Assembly: GCA_902385255.1 (NCBI GenBank)
Contig: CABMEV010000003.1
Coordinates: forward strand, 64,813 to 128,812
DNA: 64,000 bases
Reading direction: 5' to 3'
DNA from: Candidatus Tiddalikarchaeum anstoanum
GTDB lineage: Archaea; Nanobdellota; Nanobdellia; Tiddalikarchaeales; Tiddalikarchaeaceae
Part shown: positions 39,528-49,211 of the stretch, piece by piece
How the letters are laid out: each line of letters opens with the position of its first letter
Numbering within the stretch: the stretch's first letter is position 1
Position numbers and translations under genes: made by a program
Notes under the pieces: model-generated
Database searches by the model: none
What the model was told of the DNA's origin: nothing
Seen by the model: the letters and a program-made list of their open reading frames with translations, nothing else

Positions 39528-40115
39528 ATGGGTTTAGAGTCTGCTTTAAAAATTGAAATAATCGGATTCAACACGATGGCAGTTAAAGTGCCTGCTTTTT
39601 TTTATGATATCAAAGGAAGATTCACAGCGTTTTACGATATTCCTTTTGCAAAAAACAGTAATCCAAACATTGACTGCAGCAACATACCTTTTGGGGTTTA
39701 TTCATGCTTAAACACAAAATTGAGTTATAACCTTCCGAAGGAAGAATTCTGCGAGAAAATAAATAACATAATTGAGAAAAATACAGGCTTGAAGATAAAT
39801 GATATTGTACTCGAATCAGTGTACGTGTTGAAGGATAATTTCACAATATGCGTGCCAATAGGCTGCATAAATGAAACCCGTTTCGAAAGAAGTTTAGCTG
39901 TTACGAAAAACATAATAGACTCACTTGGGAGACGCAAGTTTATAACTGATTTAAAAATATTCCTAGCCGAGCCTCAGATGGGATTCGTAGAACACTTTTT
40001 GAAGATTAAATACAGCCATGCGGGTATTTCCATTGTTAATAAGTCGCAGTTTGAGACCAAACAACACATAATTGATAAGGATATCAGCAGTGCAGCAGAC
40101 TTTGGTATATTATGA
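39528..40115 (+). CDS. Hypothetical protein
   Basis: 195 aa, no motif recognised. Confidence 0.25.
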   Translation: MGLESALKIEIIGFNTMAVKVPAFFYDIKGRFTAFYDIPFAKNSNPNIDCSNIPFGVYSCLNTKLSYNLPKEEFCEKINNIIEKNTGLKINDIVLESVYVLKDNFTICVPIGCINETRFERSLAVTKNIIDSLGRRKFITDLKIFLAEPQMGFVEHFLKIKYSHAGISIVNKSQFETKQHIIDKDISSAADFGIL

Positions 40116-41054
40116 TTACAGCGGCTTTTGTAAAACTTCATGTACAGCTTCGTCAATAATGCTTGTTCTGTTCAAGCTTACTCCTTCAAACATGCTACTT
40201 CCCACCTTATCAAGATAAACAACTATTGAAATTTTAACCGTGTCATTCAATTCTTGTTCACTGATTTTTCCAAGTTTGTTTATCGCGTTTCTTATATCAA
40301 TTTTTAATTTATCAAAACTGACTTTAACGCTATTTTTTTTATTGTCTAGTAATTCCTTAGTGTTTAGTAAATTTTTAACCTTGCTTATAAATCCGATTTC
40401 CTCGCCAAATACTAGCATTAAGTCTCTCTTAGGCAGGTTAATTATAACTTCAACAGATTCATTTTTTAATCTTTTATACTCATTATTTTCTATAAACTCA
40501 GAAACTTTTTTATTGTCTATTGATGCTATATTCATTTCAGTTATTATGCCGTGAATTAACGTGTCTAATCTTACACCTATTTGAGTTTCACCTTTGCCTT
40601 CAGTGAATAAGGACATAGCATATTGATCTTCTAATAAGCGTATATAACTGTTTAATTCATCTTTTATTACATTAATATTCTCTATTGTTAATATGAACTT
40701 TCTTTCTTCATCAGTAATTTTCATGAATACCCTTTTTTCCCTGTCATTTAAGCCTTTAGGTTTTTCCTTTAATCTTTCAAAATCATCCATCTCTTTCTTG
40801 ACTTCTTTCTTGAGTTCAGCCTTTCTTTTAGGGTCGTGGAAGAATTCATGCTTTTCTTTTAAAAAAATAAATGCGTTAAAAGTTTTTTTATCTTGGTCAT
40901 TCATAGATAGAAATTCATTCTTTTCTTCATCATTTAAATCATTGAAGAAGTCTCTGTCTTCCTTAGTCATTTTTTCATAATCTTTTTTTGACTGTTCAGA
41001 TATTCTAAAAGACTTGTCAGCTATATTAGCCAGCACTTCGTCAGGGGTTACCAT
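40116..41054 (-). CDS. Highly charged coiled-coil-like hypothetical protein
   Basis: 312 aa, K/E/D-rich helical composition. Confidence 0.3.
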   Translation of the reverse strand: MVTPDEVLANIADKSFRISEQSKKDYEKMTKEDRDFFNDLNDEEKNEFLSMNDQDKKTFNAFIFLKEKHEFFHDPKRKAELKKEVKKEMDDFERLKEKPKGLNDREKRVFMKITDEERKFILTIENINVIKDELNSYIRLLEDQYAMSLFTEGKGETQIGVRLDTLIHGIITEMNIASIDNKKVSEFIENNEYKRLKNESVEVIINLPKRDLMLVFGEEIGFISKVKNLLNTKELLDNKKNSVKVSFDKLKIDIRNAINKLGKISEQELNDTVKISIVVYLDKVGSSMFEGVSLNRTSIIDEAVHEVLQKPL

Positions 41055-41085
41055 ATAGATTTAAGTTTAAAATTTTATATTTTAA

Positions 41086-41616
41086 CTATTTTGCTTTTTT
41101 AGCTATAAAGTTAAGAAGTGCTTTTCCGGCTATGCTAACGTCGCTGTTTGAGCCGTCAATAACTATATCAGGATTCACATTAGGCGCGGTTTTTGCCCTT
41201 TCAATGCGCCGTTGAACCTCTGGTTCAGCCTCCCTGCCTCTCTTTGATAATCGCTCTTCAATAAGAGAGATTGGGGCTGTAATTTCAACAGTCACCGAAC
41301 TAGGCCATTTTGTTTTTGCATCACCTAAGGCGTCTCTGCTGATATTCACAATATAATTCCTGCCTTTCTTCAAGCCTTCAATAACATCTTTACCAATGCC
41401 GTACAACTTGTCATAAGACTCCCACCATAAGAAATAATCACTCTTTTTGAAATCCTCCTTCTTGACTGACACGAAATCCTCAGTCTCCACTGAAGAAGGC
41501 CTGGTAATAAACCTCTTAACATGAGTAACATTCGGATTCCTATTGCAGGCCCATTCTATAATTGCATCCTTGCCGCTGCCACTGTTGCCGACCACTAAGA
41601 ATAATAATCCTTTCAT
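41086..41616 (-). CDS. phnN: PhnN-like ribose 1,5-bisphosphate phosphokinase family protein
   Basis: Aligns by eye along its length with E. coli PhnN as recalled: LFLVVGNSGSGKDAI (P-loop), RFITRPSS, WESYDKLYGIG, YIVNISRDAL, RLSKRGREAEPEVQRRIERA. Confidence 0.65.
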   Translation of the reverse strand: MKGLLFLVVGNSGSGKDAIIEWACNRNPNVTHVKRFITRPSSVETEDFVSVKKEDFKKSDYFLWWESYDKLYGIGKDVIEGLKKGRNYIVNISRDALGDAKTKWPSSVTVEITAPISLIEERLSKRGREAEPEVQRRIERAKTAPNVNPDIVIDGSNSDVSIAGKALLNFIAKKAK

Positions 41617-42218
41617 ATGTCTATTATTACTCCACTCTTTCCGGCATTAACAATTTTAGTCTTTCCTAAATAATCTGTTAACCCGAAAGTTTCGTGAATG
41701 TGACCGCAGACTACAAGGTCCGGCTTGTAAGTTTCAATAATCTTTCTTATATCCGCGCTGCCTGCATTAGTCCAGCCTATATTATCAAGCTTGGTGTCCA
41801 ATGGAGGTTCATGCGTCAGTAAGACTGTTTTTTTGCCTTTCGATTTTTTAAAATTCACCTTTAAACTCTTAAACAAGTCATCATCAGGGCTTCCTATGAA
41901 TCCGAAACTGGTTCCGCCGGCGCCGAGGACTGCAACGTCGCCGAATAATTTATAGTAAGAATGAATATTATACACGCCTTTCCCGTACTTCTCGCTCAGG
42001 AAATCCATATCCATCGGAGTATCATGGTTTCCATGAACCATTAAAACCTCTATTCCCTCTTTCTTAAAGGGTCCGATTAAGCCATTGCCATCGCTGCCCA
42101 TCTCTAATATGTCGCCGCAAAGCACGACTAAGTCAACCTTGTTCTTTTTAGCCTTCTTAGCTAACTTCTCAGCTGCCTTCTTGTCAGAATGCAGGTCGCT
42201 TGCTGCAAGTATCTTCAT
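41613..42218 (-). CDS. Metallophosphoesterase (calcineurin-like)
   Basis: DLH, GD, GNHD and GHIHE motifs in canonical order; stop overlaps the start of the PhnN-like gene by 4 nt. Confidence 0.7.
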   Translation of the reverse strand: MKILAASDLHSDKKAAEKLAKKAKKNKVDLVVLCGDILEMGSDGNGLIGPFKKEGIEVLMVHGNHDTPMDMDFLSEKYGKGVYNIHSYYKLFGDVAVLGAGGTSFGFIGSPDDDLFKSLKVNFKKSKGKKTVLLTHEPPLDTKLDNIGWTNAGSADIRKIIETYKPDLVVCGHIHETFGLTDYLGKTKIVNAGKSGVIIDI

Positions 42219-42272
42219 AAAACAAGTATAATTAGTTTTTTTCTTATTTAAAAAAATTGTTAAAGAAGGTTG

Positions 42273-44852
42273 TTAGACGCCTGTATTTTTATAAAACAGT
42301 TTCTTAGCCAGTTCAGCAGTTATAAAATAGGCTATTAATACGCCGCTCACGAATAACAGGATATTTATAGGCATGTATACGAATTCAAACAAATCCTTCC
42401 CAATCACTGTATAAGTTATTACAAACGTGAATATTATGGTTATTATTGATGCTAATAGCAGCCAACTGCTTGGTTTACTCTTAAATAAACTAAGCCTTGT
42501 TCTTATTGCGAACGTAATTATTATCTCCGATAATGCGGACTCAATAAACCATGCGGTCCTAAAGAGTTCAACATTCGCATTGAATAAGTACATAAGCCCG
42601 AATATTAACACTAAGTCGAAAAAAGTGCTAATTCCACCGAAGTAAACCATAAATTTTGATATAAAACTAATATCCCATTTTTTGGGCTTTTTCAAAAATT
42701 CTTCGTCAACGTTATCGGTGACTATGGTAAGGAGAGGTATGTCGCTTACGAAATTATTCAATAATATCTGAGACGGAAGGAGTGGTATGAAGTTAAGGAA
42801 GAGTGACGATGCGGCAACTGTGAACATGTTTCCGAAATTTGCACTGATAGTGTTTAATATGTACTTAGTTATATTAGCGAATATTTTCCTTCCTTCTTTT
42901 ATTCCTTCTGTTAAAACTTCCAGGCTCTTATTTAACAGGATAACATCAGCAGCCTCTTTTGCTATGCCTGTGCCTGAGTCTACGGATATTCCTACATCTG
43001 CAGCCCTGAGAGCGGGTGCGTCATTCGCTCCGTCCCCTAAGAATCCGACAATGTGGCCTTCCTTGTTTAATACTTCAACTATCCTGTACTTCTTGTCAGG
43101 GTCTATTCTTGCAAAGACATTATACTTGGATACATATTCCTCAAAAACGCCGTCCTTTAATTTGTCCAATTCTTCGCCGGTAATTACAGTATTATCAACT
43201 ATTTGGAATCCAACCTCTTCGCAGATCTTCCTCGTGACTAATGGGCTGTCTCCTGTTATTATCTTAATTGAGACTCCGAGTTTTTTTAAGCTCATTATGG
43301 ATTCCTTGGCGCTTTTTTTCGGAGGGTCAATGAATATCAAAAATCCTTCAAAGTTCATCCTGCATTCGTCGCTCTTAGTGATATCTTTTTTTTCAATGAT
43401 TTTTGAGGCTACGGATATTATTGTAAAACCCTGTGATTCGTAGCTTAACACTCTCTTTTTTATTTCTGCAAGTTTTTCCTTTGTGATAACGGAGTGGTCA
43501 AAGTTAGTGCAAACTTCCAGTATCCACTCTGGTGCGCCTTTCGCAATCAAAACATTTTCCTTACCCATCCTGACAAGAACGCTCATCCTTTTTCGTTTGA
43601 AGTCGAATTCGTTAGTGTCAAGTTCATCATAATTATCTATTTTCTTCTCAAAATCTTTTGCGAACTTGCTTTCCCATATTGCCTTATCAATATAGTTCCC
43701 AAAGAATCCTCCTTTCTTAACCTGTTTTACCTGTTTTACCTGTTTTGATGTATTGCATAATAAACCGTAAAGGAGCACTTTTTCACTCCTTTTTCCTTCG
43801 CTGTTTAAGTAATCCACCAGTTCGAAATTATTATTTGTCAAAGTCCCGGTCTTATCACAGCATACTGTGTCAATGTTTCCGAAATCCTCAAGTGATGATA
43901 ATTTTTTCACAACTACTTTCTTCTTAGCCATGAATATTGCGCCGTTTGACAGCGTGATAGTTATGATTATTGGCAGCGCTTCAGGTATTATACCAACAGC
44001 AAGTGCCACTGCAAACAGGAAAGACTCGAATATACCCTTTCCGAGCACTGCATTGGCGATGAATATGAAAACAGTCATTAAGAGTATCACTTTAAGCAGC
44101 ATGTCGCTGAATGTCCTGATGTTTTTTTGGAATTCATCCTCATGAGCTTTTTGTTTAATCTTCGTGGCCATACTGCCCATGAATGTGTTCTCTCCAGTCT
44201 GGATTACTACGCCTCTTCCTTCGCCGCTTGCAACGGAAGTTCCCATGAATGCGACATTCCTCAGGTATTGAGGGAGCGACCTTGTCTCATTGCTGGTCTT
44301 TACCTCTTTAAGCACAGGAACTGATTCGCCAGTCAGAACTGATTCATCAGTGACTAATTCATCTACGTGAACAAGCCTTATGTCGGCAGTAACTATATCC
44401 CCCAAGTTTAACAGCACTATATCTCCCGGCACTAAATTTTTAGCGTCAACTTCCTCCTCTTCGCCGTCTCGCAAAACCTTCGCCTTTAATGTTATGTACT
44501 TTCTTAATTCTTCAACAACTTTTTCCGCCTTATACTCCTGGAAGAATCCCAGGAAGCTGTTAAGTAATACTATTACAATGATAACTATTGCTTCAGTATG
44601 CTCCCCTAAGAAATAAGATATCACTGCAGCTATGACTAAAGTGAAAATTAACGGGCTTTTAAACTGGGATACTAATATGTCAGACCAGTTTCTTCTTCCA
44701 TTTGTCTTAATCTCATTATAACCGTACTTATTTATTCTTGACAGCGCGTCATCACTGTTAAGTCCTTTATCAGAACTTTCCAGCTTCTTTAACACTTCAT
44801 GTTCAGGCAGAGCCCATAATAATTCCTTAACGCCGCCGCTGTCCATAACCAC
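42273..44852 (-). CDS. Cation-transporting P-type ATPase (Ca2+/Mg2+-type)
   Basis: Phosphorylation motif CCDKTGTLT, TGES, hinge GDGANDAPAL, and about ten TM helices. Confidence 0.85.
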   Translation of the reverse strand: MVMDSGGVKELLWALPEHEVLKKLESSDKGLNSDDALSRINKYGYNEIKTNGRRNWSDILVSQFKSPLIFTLVIAAVISYFLGEHTEAIVIIVIVLLNSFLGFFQEYKAEKVVEELRKYITLKAKVLRDGEEEEVDAKNLVPGDIVLLNLGDIVTADIRLVHVDELVTDESVLTGESVPVLKEVKTSNETRSLPQYLRNVAFMGTSVASGEGRGVVIQTGENTFMGSMATKIKQKAHEDEFQKNIRTFSDMLLKVILLMTVFIFIANAVLGKGIFESFLFAVALAVGIIPEALPIIITITLSNGAIFMAKKKVVVKKLSSLEDFGNIDTVCCDKTGTLTNNNFELVDYLNSEGKRSEKVLLYGLLCNTSKQVKQVKQVKKGGFFGNYIDKAIWESKFAKDFEKKIDNYDELDTNEFDFKRKRMSVLVRMGKENVLIAKGAPEWILEVCTNFDHSVITKEKLAEIKKRVLSYESQGFTIISVASKIIEKKDITKSDECRMNFEGFLIFIDPPKKSAKESIMSLKKLGVSIKIITGDSPLVTRKICEEVGFQIVDNTVITGEELDKLKDGVFEEYVSKYNVFARIDPDKKYRIVEVLNKEGHIVGFLGDGANDAPALRAADVGISVDSGTGIAKEAADVILLNKSLEVLTEGIKEGRKIFANITKYILNTISANFGNMFTVAASSLFLNFIPLLPSQILLNNFVSDIPLLTIVTDNVDEEFLKKPKKWDISFISKFMVYFGGISTFFDLVLIFGLMYLFNANVELFRTAWFIESALSEIIITFAIRTRLSLFKSKPSSWLLLASIITIIFTFVITYTVIGKDLFEFVYMPINILLFVSGVLIAYFITAELAKKLFYKNTGV

Positions 44853-44933
44853 TAAATTTAATTTTTGGAATCTTTATAATTATTAGGGAACAGACCATTT
44901 TTAGGCAAAGTCTCTGACACTGGGTAATAGTTC

Positions 44934-44947
44934 AAAACCTTTATATA
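44934..44947 (+). promoter_or_regulatory. Archaeal BRE/TATA-like promoter element for the 44994 gene
   Basis: AAAACCTTTATATA about 50 nt upstream of the ATG, with GGAGGTG Shine-Dalgarno-like sequence 8-14 nt before the start. Confidence 0.4.
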
Positions 44948-44993
44948 GCAACTTTTCATCTATGTTCTCGCACTTTTTGGAGGTGTATATTAG

Positions 44994-45251
44994 ATGGAAA
45001 CTAAGAACTTGGAAAAAATTGCAGAAAGGGCAGATGTAGCAGATATTAAACCTATATTGCCTGTTGGTATTTCTTCAATAGAAGACTTCTGCAACAAGTT
45101 ACAGAAAGAATCAGTAAAGGGTTTTTCAGAACATTATTTCGGGAAACCAAAGCCGACATCCAGGGATTATAACCCAAGAGGCTATAAAGGATGCGTTAAA
45201 AAATTCAAGAATCGCAACGAAGGAAGCGATTACGAGTCAAAATTAGCTTAA
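44994..45251 (+). CDS. Small hypothetical protein
   Basis: 85 aa ORF with its own TATA-like element and SD. Confidence 0.3.
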   Translation: METKNLEKIAERADVADIKPILPVGISSIEDFCNKLQKESVKGFSEHYFGKPKPTSRDYNPRGYKGCVKKFKNRNEGSDYESKLA

Positions 45252-45268
45252 GAAGGTGATATTTAAAT

Positions 45269-45487
45269 ATGAATATGAAAACTATAGAAAATATGCTTGA
45301 TCCAGAACAGGCACGAATAGTAAACGGACTTAAAGGGCACTTGGGGCTTCATGCAAATGTAACAACCAGGGATATATACACTGCTGGAGTAAAAAGAACA
45401 GGCGCCAGAGCGCTTAAATTATTCGATACTGTGGCTGAACTTGCAGGATATAAAAGAGTAGACCAAGATTCAGAATACGAATTCTAA
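45269..45487 (+). CDS. Small hypothetical protein
   Basis: 72 aa ORF followed by T-rich tract. Confidence 0.3.
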   Translation: MNMKTIENMLDPEQARIVNGLKGHLGLHANVTTRDIYTAGVKRTGARALKLFDTVAELAGYKRVDQDSEYEF

Positions 45488-45597
45488 AAACATTTTTTTT
45501 AAGTACTTCCTTTTTGAAGTACCTCTTTTTTGTCACCACTTAAAAGTAACATTTATAAAGGGGTTTTTTTCTAATAACTTGCAAGGTGATAAATTAG

Positions 45598-45786
45598 ATG
45601 AAAAATATATTAGAGCATATTGTTGAATCTGTAGAACTGTTGCCAAAAGAATCAATAGAATCTACAATAGTACCCGGCGGCTTTGGACAAGACGCTGTTG
45701 AAGCTTACTTACAAAAATTAGATTCAAAAAACGGCAATGACATAAAAGATAAGCAACCATTACCAGAATCAGCATATAAATTTTAA
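45598..45786 (+). CDS. Small hypothetical protein
   Basis: 62 aa ORF preceded by ACATTTATAAAGGGG promoter-like element and followed by T-rich tract. Confidence 0.3.
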   Translation: MKNILEHIVESVELLPKESIESTIVPGGFGQDAVEAYLQKLDSKNGNDIKDKQPLPESAYKF

Positions 45787-45818
45787 AAAACTTTTTTTAA
45801 ATTTTAATTATTTATTTT

Positions 45819-47150
45819 TTATTCTATTTTAACCCTTTGGCCGTCCTGCAATAAGTGGACTGTCTCTCCTAACTTGTAGCCTTCGCCTGTTGCTAATTCG
45901 ACGGCGCTGGCTAGTTTAGGAAGCGTGCCATGAGTTGGGATGTAATGTTTGGCCTTAACCATTCTAAGAAGGTCTAACTGGTCCTCGCGGCTTGCGTGTC
46001 CGCTGACATGGATGTCGACGAATAAGTGAACGCCGGCATCCCTTATCATCTTCTCCACTGTCTGCCTGTTAGCCTGGCAGACAGGAACAGGTATTGCCTC
46101 GCTGCAGAATACTACGACATCATTCTTTTCAAGCTTTAATCCTAATTCGTTTCGGGCCATCCTTGTAAGCATAGCATCAGTCTCGCCCTGGTTGCCAGTC
46201 ATTATAAGCACGAATTTTTCACGGCCCTGTTTTTCAATCATCTTAAAAGCAGCCTCTATCTCGTCGCCGAATGACAGGATAGGAACATCCTTGAAGGATA
46301 TTAGTTTGGCCCTCGTGCTTGCATCCAGGTAATTCTTCATGCTGCGGCCGAAGATTATAGGTATTCGACCCATCTTTTTTGCAATCTTAATCATATTGCT
46401 GATCCTGACACAATGACTTGCGAAAGTTGTAAGCACTATAAGTTTATGCTCGTGCTTAAGATTTAATAATAAGTCCTTCAGCATCTCAGCCTGCAAACCC
46501 TCGCTGAACGTCCTGCCAAAATGGTCGATACGGGTGGAATCGCTTATTAATGCAGTAACGCCGGTGCTTCCTAATTTTTTCAATCTTGCATAATCAGTCT
46601 TCTGGCCGTAAGTTGGATTATCGTCAAATTTCCAGTCATTGGCGTAGAGGACTGTACCTTCAGGCGTGTGAAGTGCTGCAATTATAGTCTGAAGAGTGGA
46701 ATGCGTTGCGTAAATGAATTCAACACTTATGTCACTGCTAATCTTGAAAGTGTTTCCCGGGCTCATCTTTACAAGCTTATTGTCAAGGTGGCCTCGTTGG
46801 TCCCTCTCCTGATTCCTTAAAACTTCAATAGTGTAAGGTGTTCCTATAATGGGTGCAGTGTTGTAATGGTGGGCTATTTTAGTAATTCCTCCCAAGTGGT
46901 CGAGGTGTGCGTGAGTGCAGACTATGGCCTTAACGTATTTTCCCCATTCTTTGCGCATGGCGGTATCATCAGGCAATGCTCCTATATGCAATAACTTATT
47001 AGGGTGCAGGCTCCAAGCATCACCTTCGTAACTTATTAATTTATCAACAAAGACGCCGATATCAAATATTACTACTTCATTATTATAACGCACAGCGGTC
47101 ATGTTCTTGCCAATATCTGTATAACCGCCAATTGCCCAAACTTCAATCAT
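45819..47150 (-). CDS. rnj: RNase J-like beta-CASP metallo-beta-lactamase ribonuclease
   Basis: MBL motif CTHAHLDHLGG with downstream conserved D/H residues; about 440 aa as for archaeal RNase J. Confidence 0.7.
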   Translation of the reverse strand: MIEVWAIGGYTDIGKNMTAVRYNNEVVIFDIGVFVDKLISYEGDAWSLHPNKLLHIGALPDDTAMRKEWGKYVKAIVCTHAHLDHLGGITKIAHHYNTAPIIGTPYTIEVLRNQERDQRGHLDNKLVKMSPGNTFKISSDISVEFIYATHSTLQTIIAALHTPEGTVLYANDWKFDDNPTYGQKTDYARLKKLGSTGVTALISDSTRIDHFGRTFSEGLQAEMLKDLLLNLKHEHKLIVLTTFASHCVRISNMIKIAKKMGRIPIIFGRSMKNYLDASTRAKLISFKDVPILSFGDEIEAAFKMIEKQGREKFVLIMTGNQGETDAMLTRMARNELGLKLEKNDVVVFCSEAIPVPVCQANRQTVEKMIRDAGVHLFVDIHVSGHASREDQLDLLRMVKAKHYIPTHGTLPKLASAVELATGEGYKLGETVHLLQDGQRVKIE

Positions 47151-47228
47151 CTAACTTTCAATTCCATCTCTTTTATACTTAAATTAATACTCTCTTATTA
47201 TTAGTTTAAAAACGTTTTCAAAACAAGT

Positions 47229-48188
47229 TTAGTTTTCAATATTTGTGTAAACTTCTTCAAATACCTTAACTCTTTCAGCGCTTGACAAGTTTAACAGCAT
47301 ATCAAGCAGTTTATTGTCAAGGAAAGGGTACCTTACTGAAACGTTGAATTTCTTCGAGATTGTGTAATAATAATCCAGTGTTTTGTAAGCATCTAAAAGG
47401 GACTCGTAATCCATCATGAATCCGAAGGGTGAAATTATGACTTCATAAAAGTCCTCCTTCGCCTTCTCGCAGCAGTGATAGAAAGGAAGCAGATGGTTTA
47501 AGGTATTATTATCAGAGGATGGAAACAGCATCTTTAATTCGTTAATTTTCTCCTTGCCATTGTCAGGATTGACTATTTTAAAATCGCAGTTTAAGTCGCG
47601 GGCAACTTGTGTGATAAAATTTGAACTCTTACCCGAATCGGAAAATATTACGAATTTAGGGATATTATAAACCCTGCTTGATATTGCGCGAAAAAGTTCC
47701 CCTGCAACCACTTCAACGCTGTCTTCAAAGGATTCGAAAAAGTCCTTGACAGGGTTGAAAAAGACGCGGCTATACAGTTTAACAATTCCCTCCTTCATGT
47801 CAAGTTCTAATAAAGTTCCAGGTTTTAATTCCAGGCTCGTATTTGACGATTCGTCACAGGCTTTGAAGAATTCATCATTATCCTCATAATAGACAGGGTG
47901 TGTCCCTAAGAAATCACGCATTATTAATAATTTTTCATCCTTGTTTGCGTAGATAAAGCTGTAATCAGCATTGTATGATGCGAGTATCTGGACTCCTTTC
48001 TCCTCAAGTAATCTGAAGAAGACTTCACCGTCTGTTTTGGAATCATTAGTTATGTTATGCTGATTCATCAGTTCAAAATAATTGTACAATACCCCATTGT
48101 AAAGGAAAGACTCATTGTTAATGTTAAAATCAGGTTTAAATTCTAATTTTTTGCTCTTCTTGCTGAAAAAAGCTTTGAAAACGGCCAT
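47229..48188 (-). CDS. Asparagine-synthase-like protein, truncated and lacking the N-terminal catalytic Cys
   Basis: LYNGVLYNYFEL...DGEVFFRLLEEKG...LIMRDFLGTHPVYY resembles the AsnB glutaminase domain; VIFSDSGKSS is a degenerate PP-loop. Only 319 aa and no Cys2. Confidence 0.4.
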   Translation of the reverse strand: MAVFKAFFSKKSKKLEFKPDFNINNESFLYNGVLYNYFELMNQHNITNDSKTDGEVFFRLLEEKGVQILASYNADYSFIYANKDEKLLIMRDFLGTHPVYYEDNDEFFKACDESSNTSLELKPGTLLELDMKEGIVKLYSRVFFNPVKDFFESFEDSVEVVAGELFRAISSRVYNIPKFVIFSDSGKSSNFITQVARDLNCDFKIVNPDNGKEKINELKMLFPSSDNNTLNHLLPFYHCCEKAKEDFYEVIISPFGFMMDYESLLDAYKTLDYYYTISKKFNVSVRYPFLDNKLLDMLLNLSSAERVKVFEEVYTNIEN

Positions 48189-48203
48189 ATTATTGAATTA
48201 ATT

Positions 48204-48857
48204 TTGTTTTGCGTAATATATAAAAACTATGAAAAAATTAGAATTTGGTTAATGATTAAAAAAATCAATCATGATAAGATACACCCGAAGAAACACGAGA
48301 TTCATAATAACACCACTAATATTAAGATGAGCAAGGATTTGAGGAATTTAGTTCTTATTAACTCGTTCTATAACTTTTTTTACGGGCTTGCAGAGCCTTT
48401 CATTACCATATTTTTCAATAAGTTCGGAGACCTTTCAGAAGTTGGAATCAGCATAGCAATATTATACATAGTTCAGGGAGTCATATCCTACTTCGTCAGC
48501 AACTACATTAATGTATTAGGCCCAAAGAGGGTTGTATTAATATCGCAGATTTTTGAAAGCGTCAGGGTTTTTGGATTCATATTCGCGCAAAACGTTTACT
48601 GGGTTTATGGACTCCAAATACTTGGAGGCATAATCCAGGGATTTAACACTCCTGCATATATGAGCGTGTACGTTAATGTATGCAGGGACGAGTCTGACAA
48701 GAGCGTGGGAATACATTCAAGTATTCCAACAATAGCTTACGGAGTTAGCGCTTTAATTGCAGGATTCATGATAGACATGTTCGGTTATGTTCCAATCTTC
48801 ATATTATGGGGTTTGCAGGAGTTATTCTACGGATTATACATCTATTTTAAAGTCTAA
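48204..48857 (+). CDS. Polytopic membrane protein (possible half-size MFS-like transporter)
   Basis: About six hydrophobic helices; true start probably at an internal Met (MSKDLRNLVL). Confidence 0.3.
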   Translation: MFCVIYKNYEKIRIWLMIKKINHDKIHPKKHEIHNNTTNIKMSKDLRNLVLINSFYNFFYGLAEPFITIFFNKFGDLSEVGISIAILYIVQGVISYFVSNYINVLGPKRVVLISQIFESVRVFGFIFAQNVYWVYGLQILGGIIQGFNTPAYMSVYVNVCRDESDKSVGIHSSIPTIAYGVSALIAGFMIDMFGYVPIFILWGLQELFYGLYIYFKV

Positions 48858-49175
48858 CTTATCCCCTTTTTTGACCAAGCCTTTCTTTGATGCAGGCAGT
48901 TCTAAAACTAAGCTTTGCCCGTTAACTGCGCTAAAAAACTTCCAGGGTTTGCATAACTCCGCTTTTAACACGTTATAATCTTTGTCAAGCCAGATTGCAG
49001 CAAAGTCTTGGTATACAAAGAATGAGTCGAGCGTTGAGTCAAACAGCATATGTATTAAGTAAGCGTCAAAATCCCCGAAATCTTTCTTAAAACGGAGCCC
49101 TACTGCACTCATTAAGCCTTTGCAGTCACAGATTTTCTTTGCTATTATCTTCTTGCCTTTCTTTATGATTAACAT
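48834..49175 (-). CDS. DUF192-like small protein
   Basis: 113 aa; GLMSAVGLRFKKD...LDSFFVYQD...VLELPAS pattern resembles DUF192 (COG1430) as recalled. Confidence 0.4.
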   Translation of the reverse strand: MLIIKKGKKIIAKKICDCKGLMSAVGLRFKKDFGDFDAYLIHMLFDSTLDSFFVYQDFAAIWLDKDYNVLKAELCKPWKFFSAVNGQSLVLELPASKKGLVKKGDKLDFKIDV

Positions 49176-49211
49176 AAAATATTAAAAGATTCGGTCTTTT
49201 TTTAACTCTTT

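Noticed and set aside
43721-43747. Short tandem repeats considered as a possible CRISPR array
   Set aside because: Only three contiguous 9-bp units with no spacers, and inside a coding region; no CRISPR-like repeat-spacer structure seen anywhere in the window.
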